Shown: positions 10,160-20,789 of the stretch, piece by piece
Position numbering within the stretch: the first letter of the stretch is position 1
How the letters are laid out: every line of letters starts with the position of its first letter
Assembly (NCBI GenBank): GCA_963669175.1
Contig: OY769902.1
Span: 3,488,001-3,552,000 of the forward strand
Reading direction: 5' to 3'
Length of the DNA stretch: 64,000 bases
DNA from: a bacterium
GTDB taxonomy: Bacteria > Electryoneota > Electryoneia > Electryoneales > Electryoneaceae
Made by a program: the position numbers and the translations under genes
The notes under the pieces: model-generated
What the model saw: only the letters and a program-made list of their open reading frames with translations
Database searches by the model: none
What the model was told of the DNA's origin: nothing

Positions 10160-11074
10160 TCATCTTCCGGAGGTTTTATCAGCGCGTGGATGTCTGAGTT
10201 GATAGACCTGCTTCAACCGTTCCGCGCTAACGTGAGTGTATATCTGTGTTGTGGACAGCGATGCATGGCCAAGCAGCTCACCAACCGCTGCCAGTTCTGC
10301 ACCGTGATCCAGGAGATGTGTTGCAAACGCATGCCGGAGCGCATGCGGATTCCTGCCCTGTTTTACCCCGACCGTATCAAACATGCGGTAAATGCTATCC
10401 CGTGCAGTCCGTGGATTCAATCGTCCCCCACGTTTACCCAGAAATACCGCATTCCCGCTCTTTCGATCTACCCAGTCATTGCGAACATGCAGCCATTTAT
10501 CCATTGCTCGAATCGCATGACTGCCCAGTGGAATGGTACGCTCCTTCCGTCGCTTACCCATGACACGCACCCAACCACGTTTCAGATCCATCTGGTCAAG
10601 ATCCAGAGTCACGGCCTCGTTTAGGCGCAAGCCGCAACTGTACAGCAACTCGAACAATGCTGCATCCCTGATGTCTTCTGGTTTGTCGGATGAGCGGATG
10701 AGTTCTACAGCACGTGCGATCTTATCTTCGGAAGGCACCTCAGGCAGGTGTTTCTCCAGCTTCGGTCCTTCGAGATTGTCTGCCGGGGATATTTCAAGAA
10801 CATCGTTATCAACGAGGTAGCGAAAGTACCCTTTTATTGCGGAGAGCTGACGTTTGACAGTAGCTCGGCTTGATCCACGTTCGACACGTTCTCCCAGGTA
10901 ACGACGTATCCAGCGCGCCCTGATCTGATCCGGTTCCGGAAGATCACCTCGGACACTTTCCAGGTAGGAAAAAAAGGCGTAAATATCCCGTGAATAGGCT
11001 TTTACGGTATGTTCGGAAAAATTCTGTACTGAGTGGAGATGTTGGAGATAACTCTCAAGCTGCGCACGTAACAC
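10160..11074 (-). CDS. xerC: Tyrosine recombinase XerC
   Basis: RD.ALFELLYSCGLR, GKRRKER, HALRHAFATH, LLGH.SLSTTQIY; topA-xerC synteny. Confidence 0.9.
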   Translation of the reverse strand: MLRAQLESYLQHLHSVQNFSEHTVKAYSRDIYAFFSYLESVRGDLPEPDQIRARWIRRYLGERVERGSSRATVKRQLSAIKGYFRYLVDNDVLEISPADNLEGPKLEKHLPEVPSEDKIARAVELIRSSDKPEDIRDAALFELLYSCGLRLNEAVTLDLDQMDLKRGWVRVMGKRRKERTIPLGSHAIRAMDKWLHVRNDWVDRKSGNAVFLGKRGGRLNPRTARDSIYRMFDTVGVKQGRNPHALRHAFATHLLDHGAELAAVGELLGHASLSTTQIYTHVSAERLKQVYQLRHPRADKTSGR

Positions 11075-11203
11075 ATGGTCACGTCCATCCGGATTCTGCC
11101 CCCTGGATGATCGATCGATAGTCCGACCCTCCGCTTAATCAGGCTTTGTTATCTACATGACTCTTCATAGGTAAGGTACGAAAAAACGTGAAGCTTTTCC
11201 GTA

Positions 11204-13627
11204 CTATTCCGATTTTTTTGTCTCCACCTTCTCAGAATACTTACACTTGGGATAGTTGCTGCAAGCGATGAAATCGCCAAATCTTCCCTTGCGCAGCAGG
11301 AGATCGCCATTCTCACAATCCGGGCATTTACGCCCAACCGGTTTGGGCTCCTCTTTCGGCTTTCCCGGTTTCTTGCCAGCGCTTTTCTCAATGTACTTGC
11401 ATTTCGGATAACGATTGCAGGCAACAAAAGTACCATACCGACCCGTGCGTTCTACCAGTTCGCCCTTCTTGCACTGGGGACATTCGCGCCCGGTGGATTT
11501 GGGTTCCGGACGGTTCCCGGCTCCATCCTTCTGCTTTTCGATATACTTGCATTTCGGATAACGGTTACAGGCGACAAAACTGCCGTATCGTCCCTGACGT
11601 TCGACCAGCTCGCCAGTCTTGCATTCAGGACACGGCTTTCCGGTTGACTGCGGTTCTGGCTTCTCCTTGCCGTTCTCCCCGTCAACTTTTTCAATATACT
11701 TGCATTTAGGGAATTGATCGCAGGAGATAAATTTCCCGTATCGTCCCCAACGCTCGATCAGCTCACCGTTGCCGCATTCCGGGCATTTCCGTCCGACTTT
11801 CTCCTGCGTCTTCTTTTTAATCTCAGCACGATTATTCTTGAAACGCTCGATATGTTCCTTGAAGGGATCCCAGAATTTCTTGACAGTGTCAGTCCAGTTC
11901 TGCCCTTCTTCCACCTTATCCAGCGCCTCTTCCATCGTAGCTGTGTATTTGACATTGAATACTTCGTCAAATTCACTGACCAGGATTTTATTGACCGTAC
12001 GGCCAAGTTCAGTCGGTTTCAGCTTCTTCTTTTCACGCTCAACGTATTTACGGTCAAGCAGTGTGCTGATGATCTGGGCATAAGTAGACGGACGTCCGAT
12101 ACTCAATTCATCCAGCGTTTTAACCAGGCTGGATTCGCTGTAGCGCGGCGGTGGCTGGGTGAACTTCTGCTCGCCGTCCACATCCGAAATATCCGCAGCC
12201 ATTCCGGTTTCGGCTTCCTTCCCATTTTCTTTCCCGTTTTTACCACCGAGAGTGAAGAAAATGTCCGGCAGATCGACATCGTTTTCCTCATCCGTACTGT
12301 CTTCCGCTGCAATCTCGCCCCATAGCTGCCTGAACCCCGGGAACAGCAAGCGTTTGCCAGAAGCACGAAGTATATAAGGATGTGACTTCCCGTCAGCAGG
12401 AATTTCACCGAAGGGTTTCGCGCCAAGCTCACCAACGCCGATATCAACGGTTACACTCTCATAGATCGCTTCGGCCATCTGGGTGGCCAGGAAACGATTC
12501 CAGATCAGTTCATACAGTCTGAACTGTTCAGGTTTCAGGAACTTCTTAACCTTGACAGGCTCCCATTCGAGACTGGTCGGACGAATCGCTTCGTGTGCGT
12601 CCTGAACACGGCCTTTCTTGCCAAACTGACGAGCACGCGGACTCAGGAATTTCTTTCCATACTTTTCCTGGATAAACGTGCGCGCCGCCGCAACAGCGGA
12701 ATCCGCCATACGGGTTGAGTCGGTACGCATGTAGGTAATCAGACCAACAGCGCCCGCATCCCCTAACTCAATACCTTCATACAATTGCTGAGCGACACTC
12801 ATGGTGCGTTTGACAGGGAAGTTCAAACGGTGAGAAGCTTCCTGCTGAAGTGTGGATGTAATAAACGGCGGTTTCGGCTTCTGACGGTTTTCACGATCCC
12901 TGATGTCGGCAACAGATGCTGCCAGTTGCTTCAGGTCTTCAAGAACTCCCGCAGCCATTTCGCCATTGTCGATATGAGCGTCCTGACCTGCAATTCGCGC
13001 CAGACGAACCTTAAAAGGCGTCGTTTGCGCCACTTTGGCAAGCGCTGAGATATTCCAGTACTCTTCCGGCGTGAAGGCTTCGATTTCAAGTTCACGCTCT
13101 ACAATGATACGTAAAGCAACGGATTGAACACGTCCCGCCGACAACCCCTTTGCAATCACACGCCAGAGCTGCTCGCTCACCAGGTAGCCGACCAGGCGAT
13201 CCAGCACACGTCTCGCCTGCTGTGCGTCTACACGATTATTATCAATATCACCCGGATTCTGAATTGCCTTGACCACGGCATCCTTGGTGATCTCATTAAA
13301 CATCACACGATGAATCTTGGCATCAGCAGTTTTCAGAATGTGCGCAATGTGCCAGGCAATTGCCTCTCCCTCACGGTCAGGGTCAGTGGCGATGTAGATC
13401 TCTGAGACACCATTGGCAGCCTTTTTCAGATCATCCACAGTCTTCTTTTTCTGCGGAATGATCACATAGTGCGGCTTGAAATTTTTCTCAACATCAACCG
13501 AAAGCTCCTTGCTTGGGAGATCTCGGATGTGCCCCATGGAGGCTTTTATTGCGTAATCATTTCCCAGATACCGGTTCAGCGTTTTCGCTTTAGCCGGCGA
13601 CTCAACTATCACTAGTTTTGAAGCCAT
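11204..13627 (-). CDS. topA: DNA topoisomerase I with four C-terminal Zn ribbons
   Basis: IVESPAKAK, ATDPDREGE, SAGRVQS, ITYMRTDS, four CPxC..GRYG.F..C..YPKC repeats. Confidence 0.98.
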   Translation of the reverse strand: MASKLVIVESPAKAKTLNRYLGNDYAIKASMGHIRDLPSKELSVDVEKNFKPHYVIIPQKKKTVDDLKKAANGVSEIYIATDPDREGEAIAWHIAHILKTADAKIHRVMFNEITKDAVVKAIQNPGDIDNNRVDAQQARRVLDRLVGYLVSEQLWRVIAKGLSAGRVQSVALRIIVERELEIEAFTPEEYWNISALAKVAQTTPFKVRLARIAGQDAHIDNGEMAAGVLEDLKQLAASVADIRDRENRQKPKPPFITSTLQQEASHRLNFPVKRTMSVAQQLYEGIELGDAGAVGLITYMRTDSTRMADSAVAAARTFIQEKYGKKFLSPRARQFGKKGRVQDAHEAIRPTSLEWEPVKVKKFLKPEQFRLYELIWNRFLATQMAEAIYESVTVDIGVGELGAKPFGEIPADGKSHPYILRASGKRLLFPGFRQLWGEIAAEDSTDEENDVDLPDIFFTLGGKNGKENGKEAETGMAADISDVDGEQKFTQPPPRYSESSLVKTLDELSIGRPSTYAQIISTLLDRKYVEREKKKLKPTELGRTVNKILVSEFDEVFNVKYTATMEEALDKVEEGQNWTDTVKKFWDPFKEHIERFKNNRAEIKKKTQEKVGRKCPECGNGELIERWGRYGKFISCDQFPKCKYIEKVDGENGKEKPEPQSTGKPCPECKTGELVERQGRYGSFVACNRYPKCKYIEKQKDGAGNRPEPKSTGRECPQCKKGELVERTGRYGTFVACNRYPKCKYIEKSAGKKPGKPKEEPKPVGRKCPDCENGDLLLRKGRFGDFIACSNYPKCKYSEKVETKKSE

Positions 13628-13767
13628 GTTTCACCGTAGTCTATCGAAATCACGTTGCAAACGAAAACGCTTCCACCTTTCCGAGGTGTCAGCGTGTCAA
13701 ACAAGCTATCAAAAGAATTTGTCGTGCGAAAGTGGTAAAGGGGTTCATGGGAGTACCCTGCCCCAAT

Positions 13768-13797
13768 AAAACAAAAACCCCGGTAAAACCGGGGTAG
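13768..13797 (-). terminator. Intrinsic terminator after smg
   Basis: Minus strand reads ACCCCGG-TTTTA-CCGGGGT followed by TTTTGTTTT. Confidence 0.75.
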
Positions 13798-13814
13798 ACA
13801 GCGTCTGTTTTGTC

Positions 13815-14309
13815 TCAATGAACGGTTGAGGATGGTTGGCTGAACTGCATATCGCCATTAACCGGACCACGTGGCCCCTCTTCGAAAAGATAGGTATGCA
13901 CCAACATACGGATCTCCTCTTCACCCAACTGACTGCCAAACGTCATCGCACGTTCAATAATCCGTTCTGTGTCTTCCAACCCCAGCATGCCGATTGTTTG
14001 CATCTCAAGCAATTGGCCATATGCCGCTGGCTTCAAAATGGCATGTTCTGCCGGATGAAGAACCCTGAAAGACTTGGAACTGGTTGACGCTTCGTAAAGA
14101 CTATCTGCCTGTGAAGCATCATCAAGACGATTGAAAACCCATGTAAAAGCTGCGTTGATTTCTGATTCAGTGTACCCTTGCCCTAAAAGATCCTTACTGA
14201 TCAACTCAACATCATCCAACTCCATTCGGTTTTCACGTATTTCACGGAGCAGGTGCATGACCAACCCCATAACTCGTTGAGGTACAACCCCCTCTTCACC
14301 GAACATCAT
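13815..14309 (-). CDS. smg: DUF494/Smg family protein
   Basis: L..QGY..SEI..AF.W and FRVLHPAE motifs; lies upstream of topA. Confidence 0.85.
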   Translation of the reverse strand: MMFGEEGVVPQRVMGLVMHLLREIRENRMELDDVELISKDLLGQGYTESEINAAFTWVFNRLDDASQADSLYEASTSSKSFRVLHPAEHAILKPAAYGQLLEMQTIGMLGLEDTERIIERAMTFGSQLGEEEIRMLVHTYLFEEGPRGPVNGDMQFSQPSSTVH

Positions 14310-14312
14310 AAC

Positions 14313-17300
14313 TCACCTGCCGTGACAATGTTTGTACTTCTTCCCGCTCCCGCAGGGACAATTATCGTTGCGTCCGACTTTGGGAACGTCCCGCTTCACC
14401 GGTTGGGCTTTCGCCTGCCCGGCCCCAGGGCCACCCTGCCCCGGTTGCATCCCGGCTTCGGCGCCAGATGTCTGCGGAACTCGAGAACGACTCGCCTGTT
14501 GCGCATCATCCTTGATCTCGCGCGCTGCAATCGGTCTGCTCAAAACCGATTGCGCCGGTGTCATCTGGAGCTGTGCTGTAAAGATACCTCGCAGGCTTAT
14601 CTGCGCCACTCTTCCAAGCATCTGCTCAAAAGCGGCCAGACCATCCCTCTTGTATTCTACAAGTGGATCTCGCTGCGCGTATGACCGAAGCCCAATACCC
14701 TCTTTTAACCGGTCCATCTCATAAAGGTGATCCATCCACTCACGGTCAACCACCTTTAATACGCTGAACCGAAGGAGCTTTTCGTACAACTCGTCACCAA
14801 AGGCTTCGCGCCGCTTCTGCAAGCCACGTTCGGCCTTCTCACGAATTGTATCTTCAAGCTGTTCAACGGTGAGAGTCTCTATCTCACTATCGGTAAAATG
14901 TACATCAATCATAAGCGTGCGCAAGAGCGCATCGCGTAAACTTTCCAAATCCCAGCCATGAGGCGTCTCTTTCGCATCAATGAAGTCGTCCAAAGTCACT
15001 GAGATGTACTCATCCAGCAGATTTTCGACTTCCTCGTGGATGTCTCCAGCGAGAGCCGCACGCCTGCGAGCGTAAACGACCTCACGCTGAACATTCATAA
15101 CATCGTCATATTTCAACAGATGCTCGCGAATGGAGAAGTTATGCTGCTCTACTCGTTTCTGAGCTTTCTCGATCGCATTCGTGACCATCGAGTGTGTAAT
15201 AATCTCGCCATCCTCAAGCCCCAGCTTGTCCATGATGCGGCCAATACGTTCGCCACCGAACAACCGCATCAAGTCATCTTCAAGACTCAAATAGAACTGT
15301 GAGAAGCCGGGATCACCCTGACGACCGCTTCGACCACGCAACTGCCTGTCGATACGACGCGCTTCATGGCGCTCCGTGCCAACAATCTGCAAGCCGCCGG
15401 GTTGCTTGTTCGGATCAATGCCATGTTCTTCTTTATGGCGCTCCACAATACTTGGATCAGCTTTCAGACGTTGCGTAATAACACCATCAGGACCATGCGC
15501 ATCCGCCACTTCGCGAGAAATCTTGATATCGGTACCACGACCGGCCATGTTCGTTGCAATCGTAATCGCACCCGGACGACCGGCATTGGTTACAATTTCA
15601 GCTTCACGTTGATGCTGCTTCGCATTCAGTACCTGAACTTTCTCTTTAAGTTTTCTGCCACTTACGGTTCTATTTCCGAGAATACGTGAGATCAACTCAC
15701 TGACTTCAACCGAGGTTGTACCCACCAGAACCGGCAAGCCAAGTTCATGGAGACGAACTATTTCATCGACAATTGCGTTGTATTTTTCCCGCTGCGTCTT
15801 GTAAATCAAATCCTGCGCATCAATACGTGCAATGGGCTTATTGGTCGGAATAACAGCTACTTCAAGTTCATAAATCTGGAAAAATTCATCCTCTTCCGTT
15901 TCTGCGGTACCGGTCATTCCCGAAAGTTTACCATATAACCGGAAATAGTTCTGTAATGTAATGGTGGCAATAGTCTGGGTTTCAGCCTCGACCTTCACCC
16001 CTTCCTTGGCTTCAATCGCCTGGTGCAGGCCATCGGAATATCGACGACCGTACATGATACGGCCGGTAAACTCATCGACAATCTGGACCTTGCCATTCTC
16101 CAGGACGTATTCATCATCCTTCTCGTATAAGGAGTGAGCCCGCAATAGCTGGTTAATCGTGTGGATAATGCTGCTTTTCTGCGCAAGTTCCTGTTCCGCT
16201 TCGACTTTCTTTGCCGACTTATCCGAATCAGAAAGCGAATCATCGTCATCTATATCCACAAACAATTCTGCAAGATCAGGCAACATGAAGAAATTATTAT
16301 CCTTATGGCTGATCTTCGCCAGCTCTTCACGTCCCTTGTCAGTTAAATCGATCGTATGGCCTTTTTCATCAATCACGAAATAAAGGTCATCATCCAGCTC
16401 ATGCAGGCGTTTGTCACGGATATAGGTATTCTCTACCTCTTCAATAAGCTTCTTTCGTCCCGGCTCGTTGATAATCTTCATCAGGCGTTTGTTTTTTGGT
16501 GCAGCTCGCTGCGCCTGGTACAGAAGGATACCGGCATCAAACTCTGTAGCATTGTTCGATTTGCCTGCGTTAATATCATTCAGGATTCCTTCTGCATCGG
16601 CGACCAATGTGCTGACAAAATCACGTTGTCTGCGAACCAGTCTGTCAATATCAGGATTCCACTCGGTAAAATCCCCTTCAGAAGAACGTGGAACCGGTCC
16701 TGCAATAATCAAAGGAGTACGCGCTTCATCAATCAGTACGCTGTCCACTTCGTCTACAATGGCGTAATGATGTCCACGCTGTACCATACTGTCGTCTGTA
16801 ACAGCCATGTTATCGCGCAGATAGTCGAATCCGAACTCGTTGTTTGTACCATAGGTAATGTCCGCCGCATAAGCTACTCGGCGCTCCTCAGGCGTCTGCT
16901 GACCGAGTACAATGCCAACAGACAGACCGAGATACTCATAGATTTGTCCCATCCATTCCGCGTCACGTTGGGCGAGATAATCATTGACTGTAACCAGGTG
17001 GGCGCCTCGTCCCGCAAGCGCGTTGAGGTACATGGGCATGGTGGCAACGAGGGTTTTACCTTCACCTGTTGCCATTTCAGCTATTTTGCCCTCATGCAGC
17101 ATCATGCCGCCGATCAACTGAACATCATAGGGAACCATGTCCCAGGTTTTCTCTTGCCCAACAACATTAAAGGTATGATTACTATCCTTCAGCCTTCGGC
17201 AGGTTTCTTTTACAACAGCAAAAGCTTCGGGCATGACCTCATCGAGAATATTCTGCAGGTGCGCAACTTCGTTCTTGCGCGCCTTCTTTTCACGTTCGGG

Positions 17301-17519
17301 ATCATTATCCTCAACAGTGGCGTACCTGTCAAATCCCGACATATGTTGCGCGATTCGTTGTTTGAATTCATCTGTCTTTCCACGAAGCTCATCATCAGAC
17401 AGATTCTTCAACCCTTCAAAGGCCTGGTTGATTTCATCGACCCTGGGTTGGAGCTTCTTCACCAAACGATCATGTTTGGTACCAAATACCTTCTTCAACC
17501 AATTCACTGTAAAATCCAA
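14313..17519 (-). CDS. secA: Preprotein translocase ATPase SecA (long FCB-type insert, SEC-C tail)
   Basis: [69 protein letters not shown]. Confidence 0.98.
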   Translation of the reverse strand: MDFTVNWLKKVFGTKHDRLVKKLQPRVDEINQAFEGLKNLSDDELRGKTDEFKQRIAQHMSGFDRYATVEDNDPEREKKARKNEVAHLQNILDEVMPEAFAVVKETCRRLKDSNHTFNVVGQEKTWDMVPYDVQLIGGMMLHEGKIAEMATGEGKTLVATMPMYLNALAGRGAHLVTVNDYLAQRDAEWMGQIYEYLGLSVGIVLGQQTPEERRVAYAADITYGTNNEFGFDYLRDNMAVTDDSMVQRGHHYAIVDEVDSVLIDEARTPLIIAGPVPRSSEGDFTEWNPDIDRLVRRQRDFVSTLVADAEGILNDINAGKSNNATEFDAGILLYQAQRAAPKNKRLMKIINEPGRKKLIEEVENTYIRDKRLHELDDDLYFVIDEKGHTIDLTDKGREELAKISHKDNNFFMLPDLAELFVDIDDDDSLSDSDKSAKKVEAEQELAQKSSIIHTINQLLRAHSLYEKDDEYVLENGKVQIVDEFTGRIMYGRRYSDGLHQAIEAKEGVKVEAETQTIATITLQNYFRLYGKLSGMTGTAETEEDEFFQIYELEVAVIPTNKPIARIDAQDLIYKTQREKYNAIVDEIVRLHELGLPVLVGTTSVEVSELISRILGNRTVSGRKLKEKVQVLNAKQHQREAEIVTNAGRPGAITIATNMAGRGTDIKISREVADAHGPDGVITQRLKADPSIVERHKEEHGIDPNKQPGGLQIVGTERHEARRIDRQLRGRSGRQGDPGFSQFYLSLEDDLMRLFGGERIGRIMDKLGLEDGEIITHSMVTNAIEKAQKRVEQHNFSIREHLLKYDDVMNVQREVVYARRRAALAGDIHEEVENLLDEYISVTLDDFIDAKETPHGWDLESLRDALLRTLMIDVHFTDSEIETLTVEQLEDTIREKAERGLQKRREAFGDELYEKLLRFSVLKVVDREWMDHLYEMDRLKEGIGLRSYAQRDPLVEYKRDGLAAFEQMLGRVAQISLRGIFTAQLQMTPAQSVLSRPIAAREIKDDAQQASRSRVPQTSGAEAGMQPGQGGPGAGQAKAQPVKRDVPKVGRNDNCPCGSGKKYKHCHGR

Positions 17520-17935
17520 AGTTAGTTAAAAACAGACTCGACAGGAAGCGAGCAATTTTAAAGGTACTCAGGCGTATTACTCACGTCAAGCTTTTCAGTT
17601 CCTGTTTCCGTATCCTTCTTTTAATTTTCTATACCTCTTTTTGCACCAGAAACAATGCGAGCTAGATCGATATTGCCATAATCTCACAACGTGTTGTCCG
17701 GGAAATTCAGTTGAGAAGGGGTATTGCTGAAGTCGATATCATTACATCACTGAATATTGGCACAAAATAACACCAGCCAGTCAGCGACAATGATGCGTGC
17801 AGTGGTATCACAGGCCGAAGTGTTAGGTTCGTTTTTGCGAAAACCCACTCAATGAAAGCAGAAAAATTGCAGAATCCATTGAATAGTGGACTGCGGGATC
17901 AAGATGCAAGTTATTGAAATGGTTAGAACATTGTT

Positions 17936-17966
17936 AGAAGAAAAGGAACTCGTCCCTATTTCTTCT
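17936..17966. repeat. Copy of dispersed AAAAGG-N-GTCCC-TTTT palindromic repeat
   Basis: AGAAGAAAAGGAACTCGTCCCTATTTCTTCT; resembles copies at 36949-37240 and 54373-54503. Confidence 0.5.
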
Positions 17967-18040
17967 CGGTGAGTAGATTACTATATTTCGAACTTACGAT
18001 GCAGGCAGCTTTCATACTCTAGCACAGGCGCGCTTGATCT

Positions 18041-19210
18041 ATGTTCGTTATTGTTCTGCTCACGGCGGTGCTGATTGGTTTTGGCGCTTGGGAATTTACA
18101 GTGCACCGCAGGCGCGTGATGTCGATCCCGATTCGCATCCACGTCAACGGCACCCGTGGGAAAAGCTCAGTTACCCGCCTGATTGCCTCTGGTCTTAGAG
18201 CCGGTGGGTTCCGCACTCTGGCCAAAGTAACCGGTACTCTCCCTCGTATCATTGATGAGCGAGGAATGGAGATACCGATCATCCGGTTACATATGGTCAA
18301 CATCATCGAACAGACCAAAGTCTTCCGATTCTTCGCCAACAGGCGACCACAAGCTATTGTGATCGAGTGTATGGCTGTTCAACCGGAATACCAGTGGATC
18401 TGTGAACACCAGTTCGTCACTGCAACGCTTGGCGTGATTACCAACGCCCGCATGGACCATGTTCGTGAAATGGGACCTTCCCTTGAGAACATCGCGAACT
18501 CGCTTTCCAATACGGTCCCTGCTGGCGCCACGGCAATCACCGCAGAAAACAAACCTGATCTGTTAAAGATCATGGAAAAGCGTGCAAAGGAGAACAAGAG
18601 CGATTTTGTCGCAGTCAATAGTGATGATGTAACGGATGACGACCTTCGTCGTTTCCGGTACATTGAACATCCGGACAATGTTGCCCTTGCACTTAGGGTT
18701 TGTGACGAGCTGGGAATTGATCGTGAAACGGCCTTGAAAGGCATGGTTGAGATGCATCCTGACCCGGGTGCACTGCATGTCCATCGGGTTGAGCATGATG
18801 GGAAGAAAATGATCTTCCTGAATGCGCTAGCCGCCAACGATCCGGAATCCACTCTGATGGCGTGGAAACGAGCCCTCGAGCTATATCCCAATAGCGGGAA
18901 ACAGATATTGTTGTTGAACTCACGTGGTGACCGTTTTGACCGAAGCGTACAACTGGTTGAGATGGTTGGCAAATACATGACGTTTGACCGCATGATTTCC
19001 ATGGGCGAGAGCACAGAGATGCTTGCACCGCATTTCAAACGGTTCGGTGTTCCATCCGAGAAGATTAATCGCGTGGGACAGTTGAAACCGGACAAAGCCT
19101 GGGATGCCATCTGGAGCGAAGTCGAAGATCGCGCCTTTGTTTTCGCATTAGGTAATGCCGGTCACGGCGGCCTGGCAGTGGCAGACTTGTTTAAAGCGCG
19201 CAGGAGCTGA
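18041..19210 (+). CDS. pgsB: Poly-gamma-glutamate synthase PgsB/CapB
   Basis: IRIHVNGTRGKSSVTRLIA, VIECMAVQP, ITN.R.DH, HPDN, ANDPEST. Confidence 0.96.
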   Translation: MFVIVLLTAVLIGFGAWEFTVHRRRVMSIPIRIHVNGTRGKSSVTRLIASGLRAGGFRTLAKVTGTLPRIIDERGMEIPIIRLHMVNIIEQTKVFRFFANRRPQAIVIECMAVQPEYQWICEHQFVTATLGVITNARMDHVREMGPSLENIANSLSNTVPAGATAITAENKPDLLKIMEKRAKENKSDFVAVNSDDVTDDDLRRFRYIEHPDNVALALRVCDELGIDRETALKGMVEMHPDPGALHVHRVEHDGKKMIFLNALAANDPESTLMAWKRALELYPNSGKQILLLNSRGDRFDRSVQLVEMVGKYMTFDRMISMGESTEMLAPHFKRFGVPSEKINRVGQLKPDKAWDAIWSEVEDRAFVFALGNAGHGGLAVADLFKARRS

Positions 19211-19212
19211 GC

Positions 19213-19665
19213 ATGGTTGATGTAGCAGTCGGTCTCGGGGTAGCGTTCAGCCTGTTGTTTAACGAAATCTTCGGTGTTTCCGCCGGCGGTATCGTTGTTC
19301 CGGGTTATGTTGCGCTTCACCTGAACAACATCTGGATGCTGGTCGGCACTTTGGTCGTCAGCTTTCTTACCTTTTTCTCCGTTCGCATTATATCGCAGTT
19401 TGTGTTCATATATGGACGGCGGAGACTGGTATTGTCGATTCTCCTCGGATTCATTTTTGGTTTCCTGCTGCGTAATTACATAGCCGGTCCCATTTACGAA
19501 TCCACGGCTGTACATCTTGAGGGGATCGGGTATATTATTCCCGGTCTGATTGCTAACTGGATGGAACGCCAGGGAGTGTTGCGAACGATTTCAGCAGTAA
19601 CAACAGCTTCTGTTGTTGTTCGCCTGGCCGTTATGATTATCGGAGGAGGAAAGATCATTGCCTAG
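19213..19665 (+). CDS. pgsC: Poly-gamma-glutamate biosynthesis protein PgsC/CapC
   Basis: G.SAGGIVVPGY, YGRRR, IGYIIPGLIANW..RQG. Confidence 0.96.
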   Translation: MVDVAVGLGVAFSLLFNEIFGVSAGGIVVPGYVALHLNNIWMLVGTLVVSFLTFFSVRIISQFVFIYGRRRLVLSILLGFIFGFLLRNYIAGPIYESTAVHLEGIGYIIPGLIANWMERQGVLRTISAVTTASVVVRLAVMIIGGGKIIA

Positions 19666-20785
19666 ACGATTCCGTCCTTCGATGCGTTCACAGAGAACGC
19701 TGATCATTCTCGGGGTAGTTTCCATACTCTGTTACCTGTGGGCTGAAAACTCGCTGGTTACCCTGGAAGCCCCCCATTTCGCAGAAAAAGTCAGCGCGGC
19801 ACAGCGCATGAGCGCCATGATGGACACGTTGCGCCAGGTTCAATACGCTCGTGGTATTTTCCCGGACGAGATAAACGACCCCAACCTGACAGCGCTGATT
19901 GGTCAGCAATACACAAAGATCACAACCGACATCGGTGACCTTGAAGCCAAATGGACAGCCTTGAATCCGAACATGGCTGCTGTGATGGTTGAGTATTTCA
20001 AGGAAGCCGGCCTGGTTTCTGGTGACGTGGTTGCAGCAGGTATTACCGGATCTCTTCCGGGGATGAACCTTGCATTCTATGCAGCATGCGAGGAGCTTGG
20101 TCTGCATCCGATTGTAATCACCTCGATTGGCGCTTCGTCCTGGGGCGCTAATGACCCCAGCTTCACTTGGCTGGACATGGAACAGAGCCTGATCGAACGT
20201 GGCATGGTCAAGTTCGTTTCAGTTGCTTCTTCCACTGGTGGTGGTGAAGACCTTGGTCGGCGTCTATCCCCTGAAGGTCGTGAACTGATCCGTCAAGCTG
20301 CCGAACGCAATGAAGTTCCTTTCATTGAAGAGGCGACAGTCGAGCAGTCTGTTGAAAAACGTATACAATTATACACAGAACACTCGCAGGGCGCCCCGAT
20401 AAAATTGTATGTTAATATTGGTGGCGGACTGGCATCATTGGGAAGCGCTGTGAACGGCGACTTGATTCCGCCAGGCCTGTCACAAAGACTGCCTGTATAT
20501 AATTATCCTCGTCGTGGCGCTATTAACATGTATGCAGACAGTGGTGTCCCGGTATTGCAGATCCTGAATATTGCAGACATCGCAAAGCAGTTCGATCTCC
20601 CCCGCACACCGGAACCGTTACCGGAAGCAGGTGAAGGTCGTCTGTTCAGTGAAGAACGATACAACTTGTGGGTAACTGTTGCAGCATTCATTATTGTAAT
20701 GATTACCCTGACAGTTGTTTTATACTTTGACCGGCGGACCCAGCGGCTGAATCGGCCGGGGGTAGATCCTGATACATTGATGTGA
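19658..20785 (+). CDS. pgsW: Poly-gamma-glutamate system protein PgsW
   Basis: DPN.T.LIG..ITT..GDLEAK.T..NPN, GS.PG.N, SIGASSWGAN, YVNIGG; N- and C-terminal TM segments; follows pgsBC. Confidence 0.88.
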   Translation: MPRRFRPSMRSQRTLIILGVVSILCYLWAENSLVTLEAPHFAEKVSAAQRMSAMMDTLRQVQYARGIFPDEINDPNLTALIGQQYTKITTDIGDLEAKWTALNPNMAAVMVEYFKEAGLVSGDVVAAGITGSLPGMNLAFYAACEELGLHPIVITSIGASSWGANDPSFTWLDMEQSLIERGMVKFVSVASSTGGGEDLGRRLSPEGRELIRQAAERNEVPFIEEATVEQSVEKRIQLYTEHSQGAPIKLYVNIGGGLASLGSAVNGDLIPPGLSQRLPVYNYPRRGAINMYADSGVPVLQILNIADIAKQFDLPRTPEPLPEAGEGRLFSEERYNLWVTVAAFIIVMITLTVVLYFDRRTQRLNRPGVDPDTLM

Positions 20786-20789
20786 TGAG

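Noticed and set aside
10160-11074. Tyrosine recombinase as a prophage or island integrase
   Set aside because: Size, motifs and topA/hpf context fit housekeeping XerC; there are no att sites or cargo genes.
11230-11790. Repeated DNA in the topA 3' end as a novel repeat
   Set aside because: It corresponds to four tandem Zn-ribbon domains, a normal variable feature of TopA.
16356-17525. 389-aa plus-strand ORF, and similar ones at 31797-32567, 50140-51075 and 18379-19110
   Set aside because: Antisense shadows of secA, guaB, GWxTD and pgsB.
17757-17775. Sigma-54 promoter (TTGGCAC) upstream of pgsB
   Set aside because: The -24 element is present but there is no TTGC -12 element at the required spacing.
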